The notes beneath the pieces were generated by a model, which was given only the letters and a program-made list of their open reading frames with translations, was not told the DNA's origin and ran no database searches. Position numbers and translations under genes: made by a program. A stretch of DNA of 64,000 nucleotides from assembly GCF_021869535.1 (NCBI RefSeq), contig NW_026262637.1:19034001-19098000 (forward strand), written 5' to 3'. Positions 40,001 through 53,000 of this stretch are shown in pieces (within the stretch, counting starts at the first letter, position 1; every line of letters starts with the position of its first letter). This stretch comes from Mytilus californianus (lineage: Eukaryota).

Positions 40001-42294
40001 CGACCCATATTGTCGTTATCAGGATGCTCGTCAGGATATAAAATAGAGACAATTGTTGTTTACTGATGTCTTAATCGTGTGCATTCATTTAGAATATACA
40101 AATCAAGATGAAATAAAAAACAAATGAGGAAATTGCATTAATGCATAACTGAGCGAGACCAGGTGCATGCGAATTTAAGCTCAGTAAAAATGCCACAATA
40201 GAGAAAAGAACAAAGAGATAAAACAGATCATACCTTAATAAAACGAAATTCCGAAGATCCAATAAAAAAGAAGATATCTAAATTTTCCTGCACCAGATAA
40301 TAATTATATGTCGTAACAATATGTCAAAGTCACCTCAAGTCGGATACAAATGTGAATGAAAAAAAACCTATCATATATTTCAAATCAACACCGAATTCCC
40401 AAAAGAGAAACGTTAACAAACCACTCACTATATTCATGACATTGGAGAGACATGAAAGCAAAAGGGCAAATTAGATGAACTCCTGCTTTCCATATGCCAC
40501 AGCGTCCTATGCAACAATAGTTCCAGACCTTTTAACACCGGGATATGTTTGGGTCAGTTTATTTCCCATGTTCATAATCTCACATGTATAGGCTACTGGA
40601 TTAAAGATGTCCTTGTGGATGAAATGTCTTCCAGTAATGAAAAGGATCTATTGGTTGTTAAAGTCAAACGTCAAAGAAGAAAGCGAAAGCATTACTTAAA
40701 GAAAAATAACGAAAAGAAGAAAAATAATAGTATACATCAAACAATACATATAAATCAAAAGAATTAGCAGCACCATCCCTATCTCCACCAAAAACGTTGT
40801 TAAATTCAGTGCTTCACTAAAAGTAAGTAGTTTCTCCTTCTCCACTAGTGACACCCACTGCATTGCTCGATGTTGAGGAGCAATAAACACAAAAACATTG
40901 AGCATAATAAATGTCGTTTTCCTCTTGTTTCGTTTTACTTCTATTGGGCTATTGACCATGCTCATGAACTAAAATTCCTCGAAGGAATAAAATTTCGTCA
41001 GTAATTTTTTTTTTACTAGCGAGATACGTCATTAACCTAGATACTTTGGACATTTTTATGTTTTAATTTTCTCAGCTCAATACACATAATATATCATTTA
41101 GCTATTTTTTTTATGGTATTTTCAGTATATTGGTACTCCATACTGGATACTTTCGATTTTTGATTTAAAATATTATGTAACGAGCAGCCCTGGAAATGCG
41201 CAACTGGTGAATCAATATAAAGATAAGGAGATATGGTATGATTGCCAATAAGACAAATATCCACCATAGTTCAAATAAAGTGGATGTCAGCAATTATAGG
41301 CAACCGTACGGCATTCAAGAAAACCCCATACCGTATAGTCGGCTATAAAAGACCCCGATACGTAAAATATGAAACAATTCAATTGGGAAATTGTACGGCC
41401 TAACAAAACAATTTACGAAAAACAAATATGACAGACATGAACCAACGAAAACCACTATATTACAGGCTCCTAACTTGGGACAGACACATAAAAAATGTGC
41501 GGGGTTAAACATGCTTGAAGGCTCCAACCCTCCACTAACCTGTAACTGTGGTGTTACAGTTAAACATAAGAACAAACTATGAAAATCAGTTAAAAAAGGC
41601 TCATCAGATCAATAAAAAGCAGAAAAACATCTAACAAAAAACACAGACCGGGCGTGGCTGGGTATTTATGCATCCCCCACAACAAAAAAAAGACTTAAAA
41701 TACAGAGCTTAGAGTACTCACAGTTACTGACAGCTAGTTCAAAGCAAATATCAACTAATAAGAAAATCATGTTTCAATGACTTAGACAAGTTTCTTTCGA
41801 AATATTGCAGAATGATATCAAAGCTGCCAAAATCATATCCTTAAGCAATCATAGGGCATGTGTTGCAGCAGGCTGTTTTTCTTTATTTTCTCTCTTTACG
41901 TTAAGCTACAAGTAACGGTTTTGCTTACTCTGCCAAATGGTTTTTCCATTTCCCCCAATGCTGCTTTTATTCCAAGACCAGCGGCAACACCAGCTTCAGC
42001 AATCAAATTATGTCCGCATGCATGTCCAATCTCCGGTAACGCATCGTACTCACAAATTACAGCAATATTGGGTCCAATTTTGGCGGTGCCTACTTCAGCT
42101 TTAAATCCAGTCTCTAAAACAAATTTCTTGGTAACGTCAAAGCCCTTACATTCAAGAAAATTGGTAAGTTTTTCGTGTGCATGATGTTCCATAAAATTAA
42201 GTTCCGGATTTCGCCATATATCTTTGCTCAGTTCTTCAAGTTCTTCTGATGCCGCGTCGATTGCTTGAAATATCGACTGTTTTAAGAAATCCAT
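34045..42294 (-). CDS. PM20D2: PM20D2-like peptidase M20D, copy D, intact, 394 aa
   Basis: Exons are 42294-41929, 39722-39574, 38670-38528, 37746-37592, 35670-35436 and 34181-34045 (366/149/143/155/235/137 nt). All introns are GT-AG and there is no stop. HACGH, EE, VHP, STDMG and NH motifs are present. Confidence 0.93.
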
Positions 42295-43959
42295 TTAATT
42301 AACCAGTTTTCTTGTGCTTATACTTTGTACATATGGTTTACTTGTGATTAATTATATTCTCTGGAAGCGAATGTTATAATACTGCGTATTTGATTTATTC
42401 AAAACAGTTTATTTAAAGGTGTAGTCATAACGTGCATGAATTTACGATTTATTCAGTGACATGATACAATAGAAATTCAATGCCAAACAAATTGTAATTC
42501 AATACAATTATAATTGCAGGTGCACGATCATTGTTACTAACAGAATAAAGTGGAATCTATTACAGTTTACTTAGAAAGATGCCAAAGAGTACACGTTTAC
42601 CTCTTTGTTAATGCATTCAGGTATATTTTATAAACATAGTAAACGGAAGTATTTTCAGTGACCTAAACATTATGTAAAATTTATATTTTACTCAATCGGT
42701 CAGCGCGCTTACATGTATTAGCACGCACGGTGTTTGATAATAAATAAAAAAGGTCGATTTCTGTAGAATGTACATTTAGGGATTATTTGGCCCTGAAGAT
42801 TAACCGAACATTAATACACTGCATTATACCATTGCTTATACTTTTCCAATTGTTCTGGAAATTTGAATATAAGTAACAGATTTAATTAGGGTTCAAAGCA
42901 AAAATACGATTTCCATAGACAAATTGTACGAAGTTTTTTACTAGTTATCTTTATTAACAAGCTTCGTTTTCCGCTCTTTAATATATATATATTCATCCCA
43001 ATGGTTTTGAAACAAAATATACTCTCCTGAAGTAAACTTTTGTGTGTGAGACCAAGAAGGTCAAAGTTTAATGATATAACTTTAGCTTGAAATATGAACG
43101 TTTTCATATATATTGTCACTTGTTCAGACGAACTTAATTATTTCTGTGACTGCATCATACGATCCTTTAGTACAGATAACTTAGCATCTGCTATCAATTC
43201 CATCTTCATGCCTAATATATCATGTACTGTGTTACAACTCTAGATTCTACTGACGAGGAAAGGTAACACTAGGCCACCGAAAGCTGAATTTTTAGTTCAG
43301 TCTAGGTTTTAGAATTAATGCAACCATATATCTTTGGAGTCCAAGTAATGTAAGCTTCCGTCCGACAACAAATATACAAAGTCATATACGTTGTCATTAG
43401 ATTTTATTAGTTTTATTTACACTGAATCGAAAAGTATCTGGTTTATATGGATTAATAGATTTGTGAGATTTGCACATTAGTTAACTACTGTTGCCTAGTT
43501 ATATATATTATGTAAATAATCTTGCTACTTCTAGATTATCGAAAGTGACTCCAGGTGCTACATATGAGACTTATTTATGTTAATTCCAAAAATACATTAG
43601 TATTGATTTCATATTTTTGTTAACAGTTTTGGTTCCATTTAAACATGAATTGAGAACAATTATGAAATTGAAAAGGGAAAGACTTTTAATTGTTCATGAA
43701 CAATTGACTTTTAATTTTCAGCTTTACTATATTAATAGTTTGGATCACTAAATTAAAGTTGGTGCAAGACATGTCAATTTCAGATACTTCCAATACGTTG
43801 TTAAAATGTTTCGAAATATTAGATTTGTTTTGGAACAATTAAAAGACTTCTATGACTGAAATGTTTTTATAAGATTTTTAATAGTTGGTACCAAATAACC
43901 TTTGTTGGTAGAGTTAATAAAAGAATTTACATTCATGTTTGTCATGTATAAAAAGACAA

Positions 43960-44140
43960 ATAACACTTTATGAATTGCATACGTCATACGCTCGTTATAC
44001 CATCAGGAACGTTCAAACCTAAACATTTGGAAGCCCGTATGTATAAATATGTAGAACCGTTAAGAGCTATATAACCAAAGGGACCTTAAAAGAATAAAGA
44101 AAGTCCTAAAGTCATCTAAGGTAAATCTTGCCTGAGACAA
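43960..44140 (-). mobile_element. Decayed retrozyme-like unit (same family as 9840-10365)
   Basis: The reverse complement reads ...atagctcttaacgg...caaatgtttaggtttgaacgttcctgatg..., with the hammerhead core partly deleted. Confidence 0.5.
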
Positions 44141-45469
44141 TTGAAGGTTTCAATTCTGTAAATATAGACAATGCAATTTCCCATAGGAACTCCCTTTGCG
44201 GCTAAAACTGTGCCACTTTTACTGTGAAGTTTCGTGAAAAATTATATCCCAGAACGGAAAGTTGATATGCACTACTATTGTATTCAAAGGTCAACATATA
44301 GGGCTGTGCGGCATATTTTCAACATTTATATGCCCTGAACTTCTAAGAGTTTAAACTTGTACTAAAATTCTATACAACCCCTACCTCCATTTTTGAACCT
44401 CCTAAGAATTAACTTTTAGGCGCTACCATGTTTTTCTATACTGGTAACATTCCCAAGTTATGTCTCTATGAGAAGAAACCCATAGATCATATCTGGGAAC
44501 CAGTACGTTAACAAATTAACATATCTATGAATATTATATATCTCCCCAAAAGAGGCGTGGCTTGTGAAACAGCTGTATTTACAAAGTGCAACCTATAACT
44601 AATTTTCATACTATTTTCACATGTCTCAATCGGTGTGAGAAAAATATTTCTCATCTCTAGAAAAAACTTTGTTCTCGGCAAGTGATTGTTCGAAATTCTA
44701 ATTATGACGTCAAATTTTCTTGATTTTCTTCTGATTTCCTATTGTGACGTCATGAAAAAAGCCGACCATGACTGATGACGTCACATATAAAAAACACAAA
44801 TTTCTTCAAATCTTTGGATAAACTTGATTAGATATCGTCTAAAACTCATTAGAGAAACAGATTCCACCACTATGTCACGTGTATTACGATATTTCTCTAC
44901 TCTCAACAGTTAAACTTTGAAATTTAACTGTCTCGAGTGGAGAAATATCATAACACACTTGATGCAGTGGTGGAATCTATATTTCTTAAAAGGTCAATGG
45001 AAGCACCTCGGGAGTCATTATACCATGATACTGGTAAACCACATCATCCCATTAATATCATTAACTTTTTTGGTTTGTATAGTTTTGTGATCAATATGTT
45101 TTATTTTTTAATTATATTTTCTTTCGAAATATGTTTGTGGTTTATAAGGTAGCTAGCCCGAAATCTATATAATTCATTATATTCCATATAAACAACATTC
45201 ATTGTCAAATATAAATCTACCAAATAATCACCGTTATACTAGCTTGGTATATCTAGAGAAAATTGTATAATTTCTTTTTTAATTATTATCGTATGTTTGT
45301 ATGTTACAAGCTGTTACAACATTTTGGAAATTATCTTAATCAAGGAATATATCTCACTCATGCAAAGCTCAGATTCCTTGCCCGACTTTGCCTATTTTTT
45401 TTTGCCCTTTTGGGTTTATAAGCTCTTCATTTTTTAACATGCTTTGGATTTTCAAATATTTTGGCCTCG

Positions 45470-45509
45470 ATCACTGAAGAGACATTTATTGTCGAAATGT
45501 GCATCTGGT
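45470..45509 (+). ncRNA. Minimal type-I hammerhead ribozyme motif (PLE/retrozyme type)
   Basis: atca-CTGAAGA-gaca(tttat)tgtc-GAAA-t(gtgc)a-TC|tggt. Stem I is atca/tggt, stem II is 4 bp, stem III has a near-palindromic loop, and the cleavage triplet is AUC. Confidence 0.85.
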
Positions 45510-46199
45510 GCAAAATAAATTGGTACCGTTTAATGTTATGACAAATCATTCTTGCTTATTTGGCTTAGGTACAAACTTTGAATATGGCGTCAAACGTTCA
45601 TGTCAAGGTCGACAGCAAACGAAATTTTGCACGTGCTTCTGGACCTCCTTGAAAAAAAATAAAAGTCGGTTTATGTTCATTACTATATTTTTCTACTGGA
45701 GTGTAAAAACTCTATTTTGAGGTATTGTTGTATAATTACAATTAATCTGTTTAAATATCAAATTTACAAAAATACACTTATTAGACATACAAAGAAATGA
45801 TAAAAGCCATTAGTATTTATTGATTATATGTGTATTTTGGAGATAAAAGTATATCGTCTATTAATTTGTATTTATGATGGAGACTAACTGTCTCATCTTT
45901 CAGAATTATAACTCTAATGCAAAGAATAACAATGCTATACTTAACTTAAAAAAACTCACCACTTGATAGCTATGTTAGACAATATCTGTAGACATTTAGA
46001 CGATATATACTCTGTAAAAAATCCAGATTTTTGTAAATATTTATATACTTATATATATATAATATGTAAAATATGAAGCATAATAAACAAGGCCCATGTG
46101 GACGGAACGGTGCAATTTGCCGGTAGTGTGATATACTCAATTATTTACAAACTGTTGACCTTCAATTATAAATAACAATAACGGTACCGATGTTACAGC

Positions 46200-46239
46200 A
46201 CCAGATGCGAATTTCGACAATTAATGTCTCTTCAGTGAT
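46200..46239 (-). ncRNA. Minimal type-I hammerhead ribozyme motif, inverted relative to 45470
   Basis: The reverse complement reads atca-CTGAAGA-gaca(ttaat)tgtc-GAAA-t(tcgc)a-TC|tggt. The core is intact and the stem-III loop palindrome is broken by one substitution. Confidence 0.85.
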
Positions 46240-46463
46240 TCTCAAGGCCATAATGGTTAAAATTCCAAAACCTAATATAAACGTCGAAGAGGTGATAAAA
46301 CTAAAAAGGACAAAAAGAAAGTCCAATTATCTTTCAAATGTTGTGACCATTTTATCAACGTATGGAAGTCTAGCGACGAGTTATATTAAATTCATCTACA
46401 AAACTTTTCTCAGACAGAAACCAAAGTTGCTACTCTTCATTTTAATTCAATGGATATATTCGT

Positions 46464-48960
46464 AAAAGAGAGGCGAAAGATACCAAGGGAACATTCAAAC
46501 TCAAAAGTCGAAAATAAACTGACAACGCCGTGGCATAAAATGGAAAACACCAAAAGACAAACAACAGTATACAAAGCATAACATAGAAAACTAAAGACTG
46601 GGCAACACCAACCCTACCCAAAACCGGGGGTGATCTCAGGTGCTCCAGAAGGAAAGCAGTTCCTGCTCCACATGTGGCACCCATCGTGTTGTTCATGTTA
46701 TTATAATCCCAGTGATAATTCGGGAAAAGGGGGACAGGATTGTGGTTATAACGATCAAAACATATCCGTCGTCATCTGTGAAGCAGTATTCGATAACGGT
46801 CAACCAACTCTTGATGGCGTCCGTAAAATTTTCGAAAGAATGATTTCAACTTCACCACTTGGAACTCTTGGTTTAATAGCTTCCTTCTGAGCAGCACCTC
46901 TCTTTCAAGGAAATCATGATAGGAAACGCAAGCCCAGGAATATCGTTTCAACTGGGAGATATATACTATATATGCAGGCGCTGCTGGAATATGTTGCTAC
47001 ATAGAATTGTAAAGTTCACAATAGGGAAGCTGAAATCATCTCTTTTGTCGTAAAGTTTTGTTCTCAACCAACCCTCATTGTCAATTTCTAGATGTAAGTC
47101 AAGATATGAGCCAGACTTAACTGTATCTATTGTATCCTTTATTTCAAGTTCGATGGGATAGATGCGTTCAACAAAGTCACCAAACTTTGAATTATTTAGT
47201 AGGAGAACATCATCTATATAGCGGAATGTGAAGTTAAAGGATAATGCTAGCTTCTTTTCATTAGGAAGTCAGCCTGAAATAAATAAAAAATAAAAATGTC
47301 GGCAAGAAATGGAACAGTTGGTTCCAATGCCAATTGTTTGTTGAAAAACACGTCCTCCAAACGTAACAAATATGTTGTCAATCAGGAAATCAAGCATCTT
47401 GATAATGTCAGTTTCAGGGAATTTTTATTTGAATCAGAGTGACTTTTTGCAAAGTACGATGTATCCTTTCCTAAGACAATATACTTGTATCGACCATTCT
47501 TTTTTATGAAACAACGCAGGACCAACTCTTTCAATTTGTCTTTTAGTTCGGAATGGGGATTTCTTGTGTAAAGTGTAGAAAGTCAAATGTTTTAATACTA
47601 TTATAAAATCTTTATAGTTTTAGATTGTATGTTCTCTTACAGATCTTTGAGATTTTTTTAGTATCCAATCTGATTCACGCCGCCTCTAGAATAGGTAGTT
47701 TCACAATAACCTTGAATCCCAGCTTTGATTGCTGATAAAAAAAATGTTGTTTATAATCTAGAAAAAGGATTCGTGGACGACCCAGTAATATAACGTTGTT
47801 TGTAAGGACATTTATGTAATTTAGGCATCCAATACGGTAAAGGAAGATCCAGTTCTTCATCTTTGGTTGCAATCCCAAAGGAACATCGAACAGACCTATG
47901 ATTATCTAGGATTTCCTCCTTGGTAAGTGTCATGGGTGTATATGTTGAGTTTCAAAGTGAATTGTCAATACCTAATTCAATTATTAAGCAGTTGATGTAA
48001 TGTGATTTACACACGAAACGATGTTATTTTATCTGCGGGAACAGCAACATTTTTGGCAACATTTGGGTCATAAAATATTGATGTAGCATGTGTATTCATA
48101 GACCCATTCAGTTTTAATTCTGATTTGTTTCAACGACCTCACAACCTCAATCCATTCCTAAAGAGTATCTACGTCTTCTTTCTCACGTTTAGCCCATAGC
48201 CTGGCATTATCGTCGACTGAATCCATCAGTATTTTCAAGTTGTATTTCCAATTGATGGATTTAGACCCACGATATTTCGGACCTTTGGATAACACATTTT
48301 GCAGAGAAGAGTTATTGACAATGTTTAGGTCACCAGTAATACCGTGGCCAGTCGTACTGTATATGAATGGGGAACAAGCACAGGTGAAATCAGGGGGCTT
48401 AGACTTGAAGGCGTCAATATTGAGATCCTGCACCGCGTGTTTGAAATTGAAAATTTTAGTTGTATTCAATTGGTACAGGTATAAAAAATGATAGGTGCAG
48501 AATGATTTTTAGAATAGGGAGGTATTTCCGAGTGAACTGATTTATAATGAAAGATGTTGCCCAAATTGATGGCATCGAGACCTTTGTTGGCAAAGGAAAG
48601 TTTTAGAAAGGATCTTTTCTTCTTTTCACCTTTACCAATGCGAACTGGTTTGAAAAGTCTGTGATTGATAATTTCGGAGATGATAGCTGTCATAACATTA
48701 ACGGTACAAATTTTTCTGCACCAGATGCGCATTTCGACAATTATGATGCGAACTTGCATATGAAGGATTGGATTGATCAGGCGGATAAAAATGCTGGTAA
48801 ACAATGTCGCTTGCATTGTTGTTGATGTCTGATCTATGGCCGCACATACTTAAATCCTTTCGTTTCAGCGATATATACCAATCCGCAAAGGTTACACTCT
48901 AATCCGTAGACGAGATTCGTAAGTGAGAAATCCGTAATTGGTGGTGATGTGGTCTGTTGA
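46464..48960 (-). mobile_element. Degraded Naiad-type Penelope-like retroelement (~2.5 kb, internal deletions) with GIY-YIG endonuclease upstream of the RT
   Basis: The minus strand gives TNLVYGLECNLCGLVYIAETK (~48920-48858, GIY-YIG-like), then LSKGPKYR (PLE-typical), LYWx[13 protein letters not shown] and the shared 3' UTR. An N-terminal EN is the known hallmark of the Naiad/Chlamys clade. Confidence 0.85.
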
Positions 48961-50009
48961 ACAGTCAAATATTTTCGATAATTCCTTTTATCCTTTTCAT
49001 ATATATTATTTTTAATATATACACCTTATTTCACTTCTATGATAATAAAAATTATCTAAACAAACTACTTTAACTCCGTCATATATTTATGAGTCGTTCG
49101 AAAGTCAGTGGTTGTCTGATGTCTTATCATAATAGTTCTTATTTAGAGAAATTGGTGTTTGATTGAAGATCTTTGTCTATTTCTGATTAATTGATTTACT
49201 GCTTTGTTACACTTGGGTTGAACATTACGTGTTGTATAGACATTTGCCTTTTATGTGTTCGTGTATATGGTACCATATGTGTCTTTTGGCTACTTGTATT
49301 AGTCTGTCTCATTGACGTATACCCACATCTTTTTTAGTTCATACTAGCTATAGTCTACTGAAAAGTATTATTTTATGTACTGGAAGGCTCGAGCACTATT
49401 GTGAGACAAAATAATTTAGTAACTTGGCATGATCTATTATAGCTGGCTATATGGTATAGGTTTTGTTCATTGTTGCTGTCACCTATAGTTGGCTTACATT
49501 CACGTTACTTGGACTCTGGTAATTATACTTGTCCTATTCGTAATAAAACCACATCTACTTATTTTCATACTATAAAAAGCGATAGGTTTTTTAAGGAAAA
49601 AGTGCTTTACGATGCATTAAAATTCAATATTTGAAAAATGACTTTTCCCTCATAGTATGCAAAGTTACCCTTAGATAAATTTTCATATACTTTGTATGTG
49701 AAATTTGGCAATATTCTCCTCACGCACTCAGGTATTTATACATTCTTGGCTTTCAAGTGTTTGAAATGTTTTACTTTTTTTTTCTTAAAGAGTTGAATAA
49801 TCCAGAAAAGCTCCCCTGGAACACACGAAATGTATAAAGTTTTATTTTCATTTTCATTTTCAATTTCATGAAATAAATATGTTTGACATACTTTATTATA
49901 GACCATTGATTAACTGGTAAATATCTATTTAATGCAAAAACAATTTGATAGAATCTTTGACTGCTTAATATATCCGTAAGTTTCCATTTCTTTTTCTTCA
50001 TCGTTTATC

Positions 50010-53000
50010 TCATTTTGAGTTTTTGTTAAACATTGCAAATTCATCTTTTATATCTTTTAATAAATTTTCATCTGTAAAGATATCAAGACAGGTAAGTGCC
50101 ATAGCTTTTGCTTGATTCAGGGTGTGCAACTGAGCCTTTGGATCACCTGGAAAAAAATAAAGCATGAAATAATTAAAATAATTCTAAAATTACATAAATA
50201 TATCTGCCATATGTTATATGAAACGAGTATCTTGTAATTTTAATGGTAAGAAAATTATCGGACCAATGCATGCATATATATTAAACTAAGTCCTCTATGA
50301 ACGCTTTTTACATTGATTTCGAATCTACAACGTATTCACAAACGACAAATTATGTTTCATTGATTATCGGATAGTGACCGTGAAAAACAATCAACACATA
50401 ATCATGACGTGCAAAATAAGTGAATTGATAGAGGGATGTTTTTAAAAATATAAATACATATTTTCCATGCGTTTCCATTTTTTATTTAATCTTTTCCATA
50501 ACAGTTGTTAAATGATTTTGTGTATTTAATTTGTTCTTTAGGAATCAATTATCACTATTTACCTTCCAGTGCACGTTTTTTTACAGTGCAGTGGCCTAAG
50601 TTCTAACGAGAGGTCTCTAGTAGAGGTCACTGCATACGGAAAAATATCGGCGAATAAGAGTACGAGGAGACATTAATACGATAGCAGTACTTTTCTGAAG
50701 ATTTTGATCAGATAAAGGATGTTCTTTAAGAAAGTCCATGTACACTTGTTTTATAGTAAATGTCATTCATGTATATAAAACATATTTATTTTTTTTTTAT
50801 ATTTGAAGTATCATACGACTTTAACATATGATGTCATGTTATTCGTGTAATTGTTTGTGAATGACTCAAATAGAAGCTGTCCTTTCATAAAATTTGATTT
50901 TGTTGTTATAAAATTTAGCATTCATATATGATTTATAATCATGGACAAGTATGAACAAATGGAAATTCATAATGTGTAGAAAGTAAAATAACAAAAATAC
51001 CGAACTTCAAGAAAAACTCCCTTATCAAATGTCAAAATTAAAAGCTCAAACACATCAAACGAACGGAAACGACTGTCATATTTCTGACTTGGTACAGGCA
51101 TTTCCTTATGTAGAAAATGGTGGAGGGTTCGAAGACAGTCCGTTTTATTCGCCATAATCAACAAAAAATGATGGGAACGTCACAGAACATGTATATATAA
51201 ATATTTGATTTTTTTGTATTAAAACTAATGTGTTGTACGAAGCGACATAACTCAATGATAACTTTCAAAAATATCACACAGGTCGCTGACAAAATTAATT
51301 GCATGATATAAAAATGATAAATGCTGTATCTGGTATCTAATAGTTATCTCAAGAACGAATATGTCATCACTGTAAAAATATATAAGATCATACATTTCCA
51401 GCACAATGAAATTTTTTAACGTCCTCCATACATCACGAGAACACGAACTCTGGGAAAATAACAGCATCCACCTGGTACCGGTGTAGAATTAAAATGAAGT
51501 GTTTAATGTTTTATTTAAGAAACTTCTGTTATGTTTGTCTATTTCAAATATATCTAGAATAAATCATATGTTCTTCCGATTTACTGAATTAAAAAGGAAT
51601 TGCGAATTAGTATCCATAGTCATTAATAGGACATGAATATTAAATTAGTATAGTGTCATAAACGGGAATAATTTTTGTGGGAGCAATTGGCACACTCTGT
51701 ACATACAAGTAAAATTTTATACTTTTCATTTAAATTCTGGAATTTACTTTTAATCATAATTATTATTTTTATAATCACAGCGCAGCATATTCTTATAGTT
51801 TTCATATCATAGTTGATAAGGTATTTTATTATGAATCATGAGGTAATATTTAGTGTAATTCCGAAAATTTCACTGCTTTACTTTACAAACATAATACCAT
51901 ACCTGACGCAGTGGCAAAATCTTTTGTATGATTTCCAGAGTTCGTTTCAATGGCATATATCGGATGAATACTGGGAATAATTTGTGAAACATTCCCCATA
52001 TCTGTAGAACCTGCTATTTCATCCTCTTTGGCGTCAAATTTTACACCAATAGATTGTGCATTACTCCTGAAGACGTCTGCCATTTTATTGTTAGTTACAA
52101 GGTTCAAATAAGGCTTGCTGGAAAACGAGTAGGACACCTGTAAACAAATATACAACGATTGACTTTAACGGGAAAGTAGAATACTAACATGATAACATTC
52201 AACTAAAAAACAAACTCATGTTAACAGAATAACCGGTTATTCATGAAAAACGTTAGCTTTATAGTTGCTGAATGTTCCAACCCGTACTAACACAATTACT
52301 TTTATAGTTTGTTGTCACTTATTAAATTATCTAATTGTATGTAAAACATTGGAGAATAAGACCCTTATATTTACCGTATGTATGACGCATCCTAAAAAGT
52401 AAAATAACAAAAATACCGAAATCCAAGGAAAATTCAAAACGGAAAGTCCCTTATCAAATGGCAAAATCAAAAGCTCAAACACATCAAACGAATGAAAAAC
52501 AACTGTCATGTTCTTGACTTGGTACAGGCATTTCCTTTTGTAGAAAATGGTGGATTAAACGTGATTTTATAGCTAGCTAAATCTCTCACTTGTGTTTTGG
52601 TCGCATAAAATTCCATTATATTGACAACAATGTGTGAACAAAGATTACTTCATCAAGTAACAAACAATATTAATTTAAAAGATGTCGAAATAGTTTGAAG
52701 TTTTAAGTAAACTCCAAAATAATCGAGTTAAAGGTTCTCAGCAGCAGGATACAAATGTAAATATATGGTGTTTAAAAATAGTAGTTTACAGATGTGGCTT
52801 ATTTTAATGTTCTGAAATATTAGACCTATACAAGTTACTTCAAAATTTTACTGGTGCACAATTTCAGTTGTAATTACTACTTTTATGTTTCAAATGTTCA
52901 GTCGTTTATACAACGATGTCATGTATGTATGCATGCAGATATGAATTTTAGTATACTACACCTGACATCCAGTGGCTGTTGCTGCCGAGTCAAAACAGGA

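Larger units (their letters stand above)
23710..42957. repeat. Segmental duplication unit 2 (genes C+D), paralogous to ~1766-22099
   Basis: See unit 1. The exon order and intergenic blocks are collinear. Confidence 0.88.

Noticed and set aside
48856-48920. Selenoprotein-encoding Naiad element (some Naiads are known to use UGA-Sec)
   Set aside because: The CxxC codons here are TGT/TGC, and I found no convincing SECIS in the 3' UTR. The copy is too degraded to test further.
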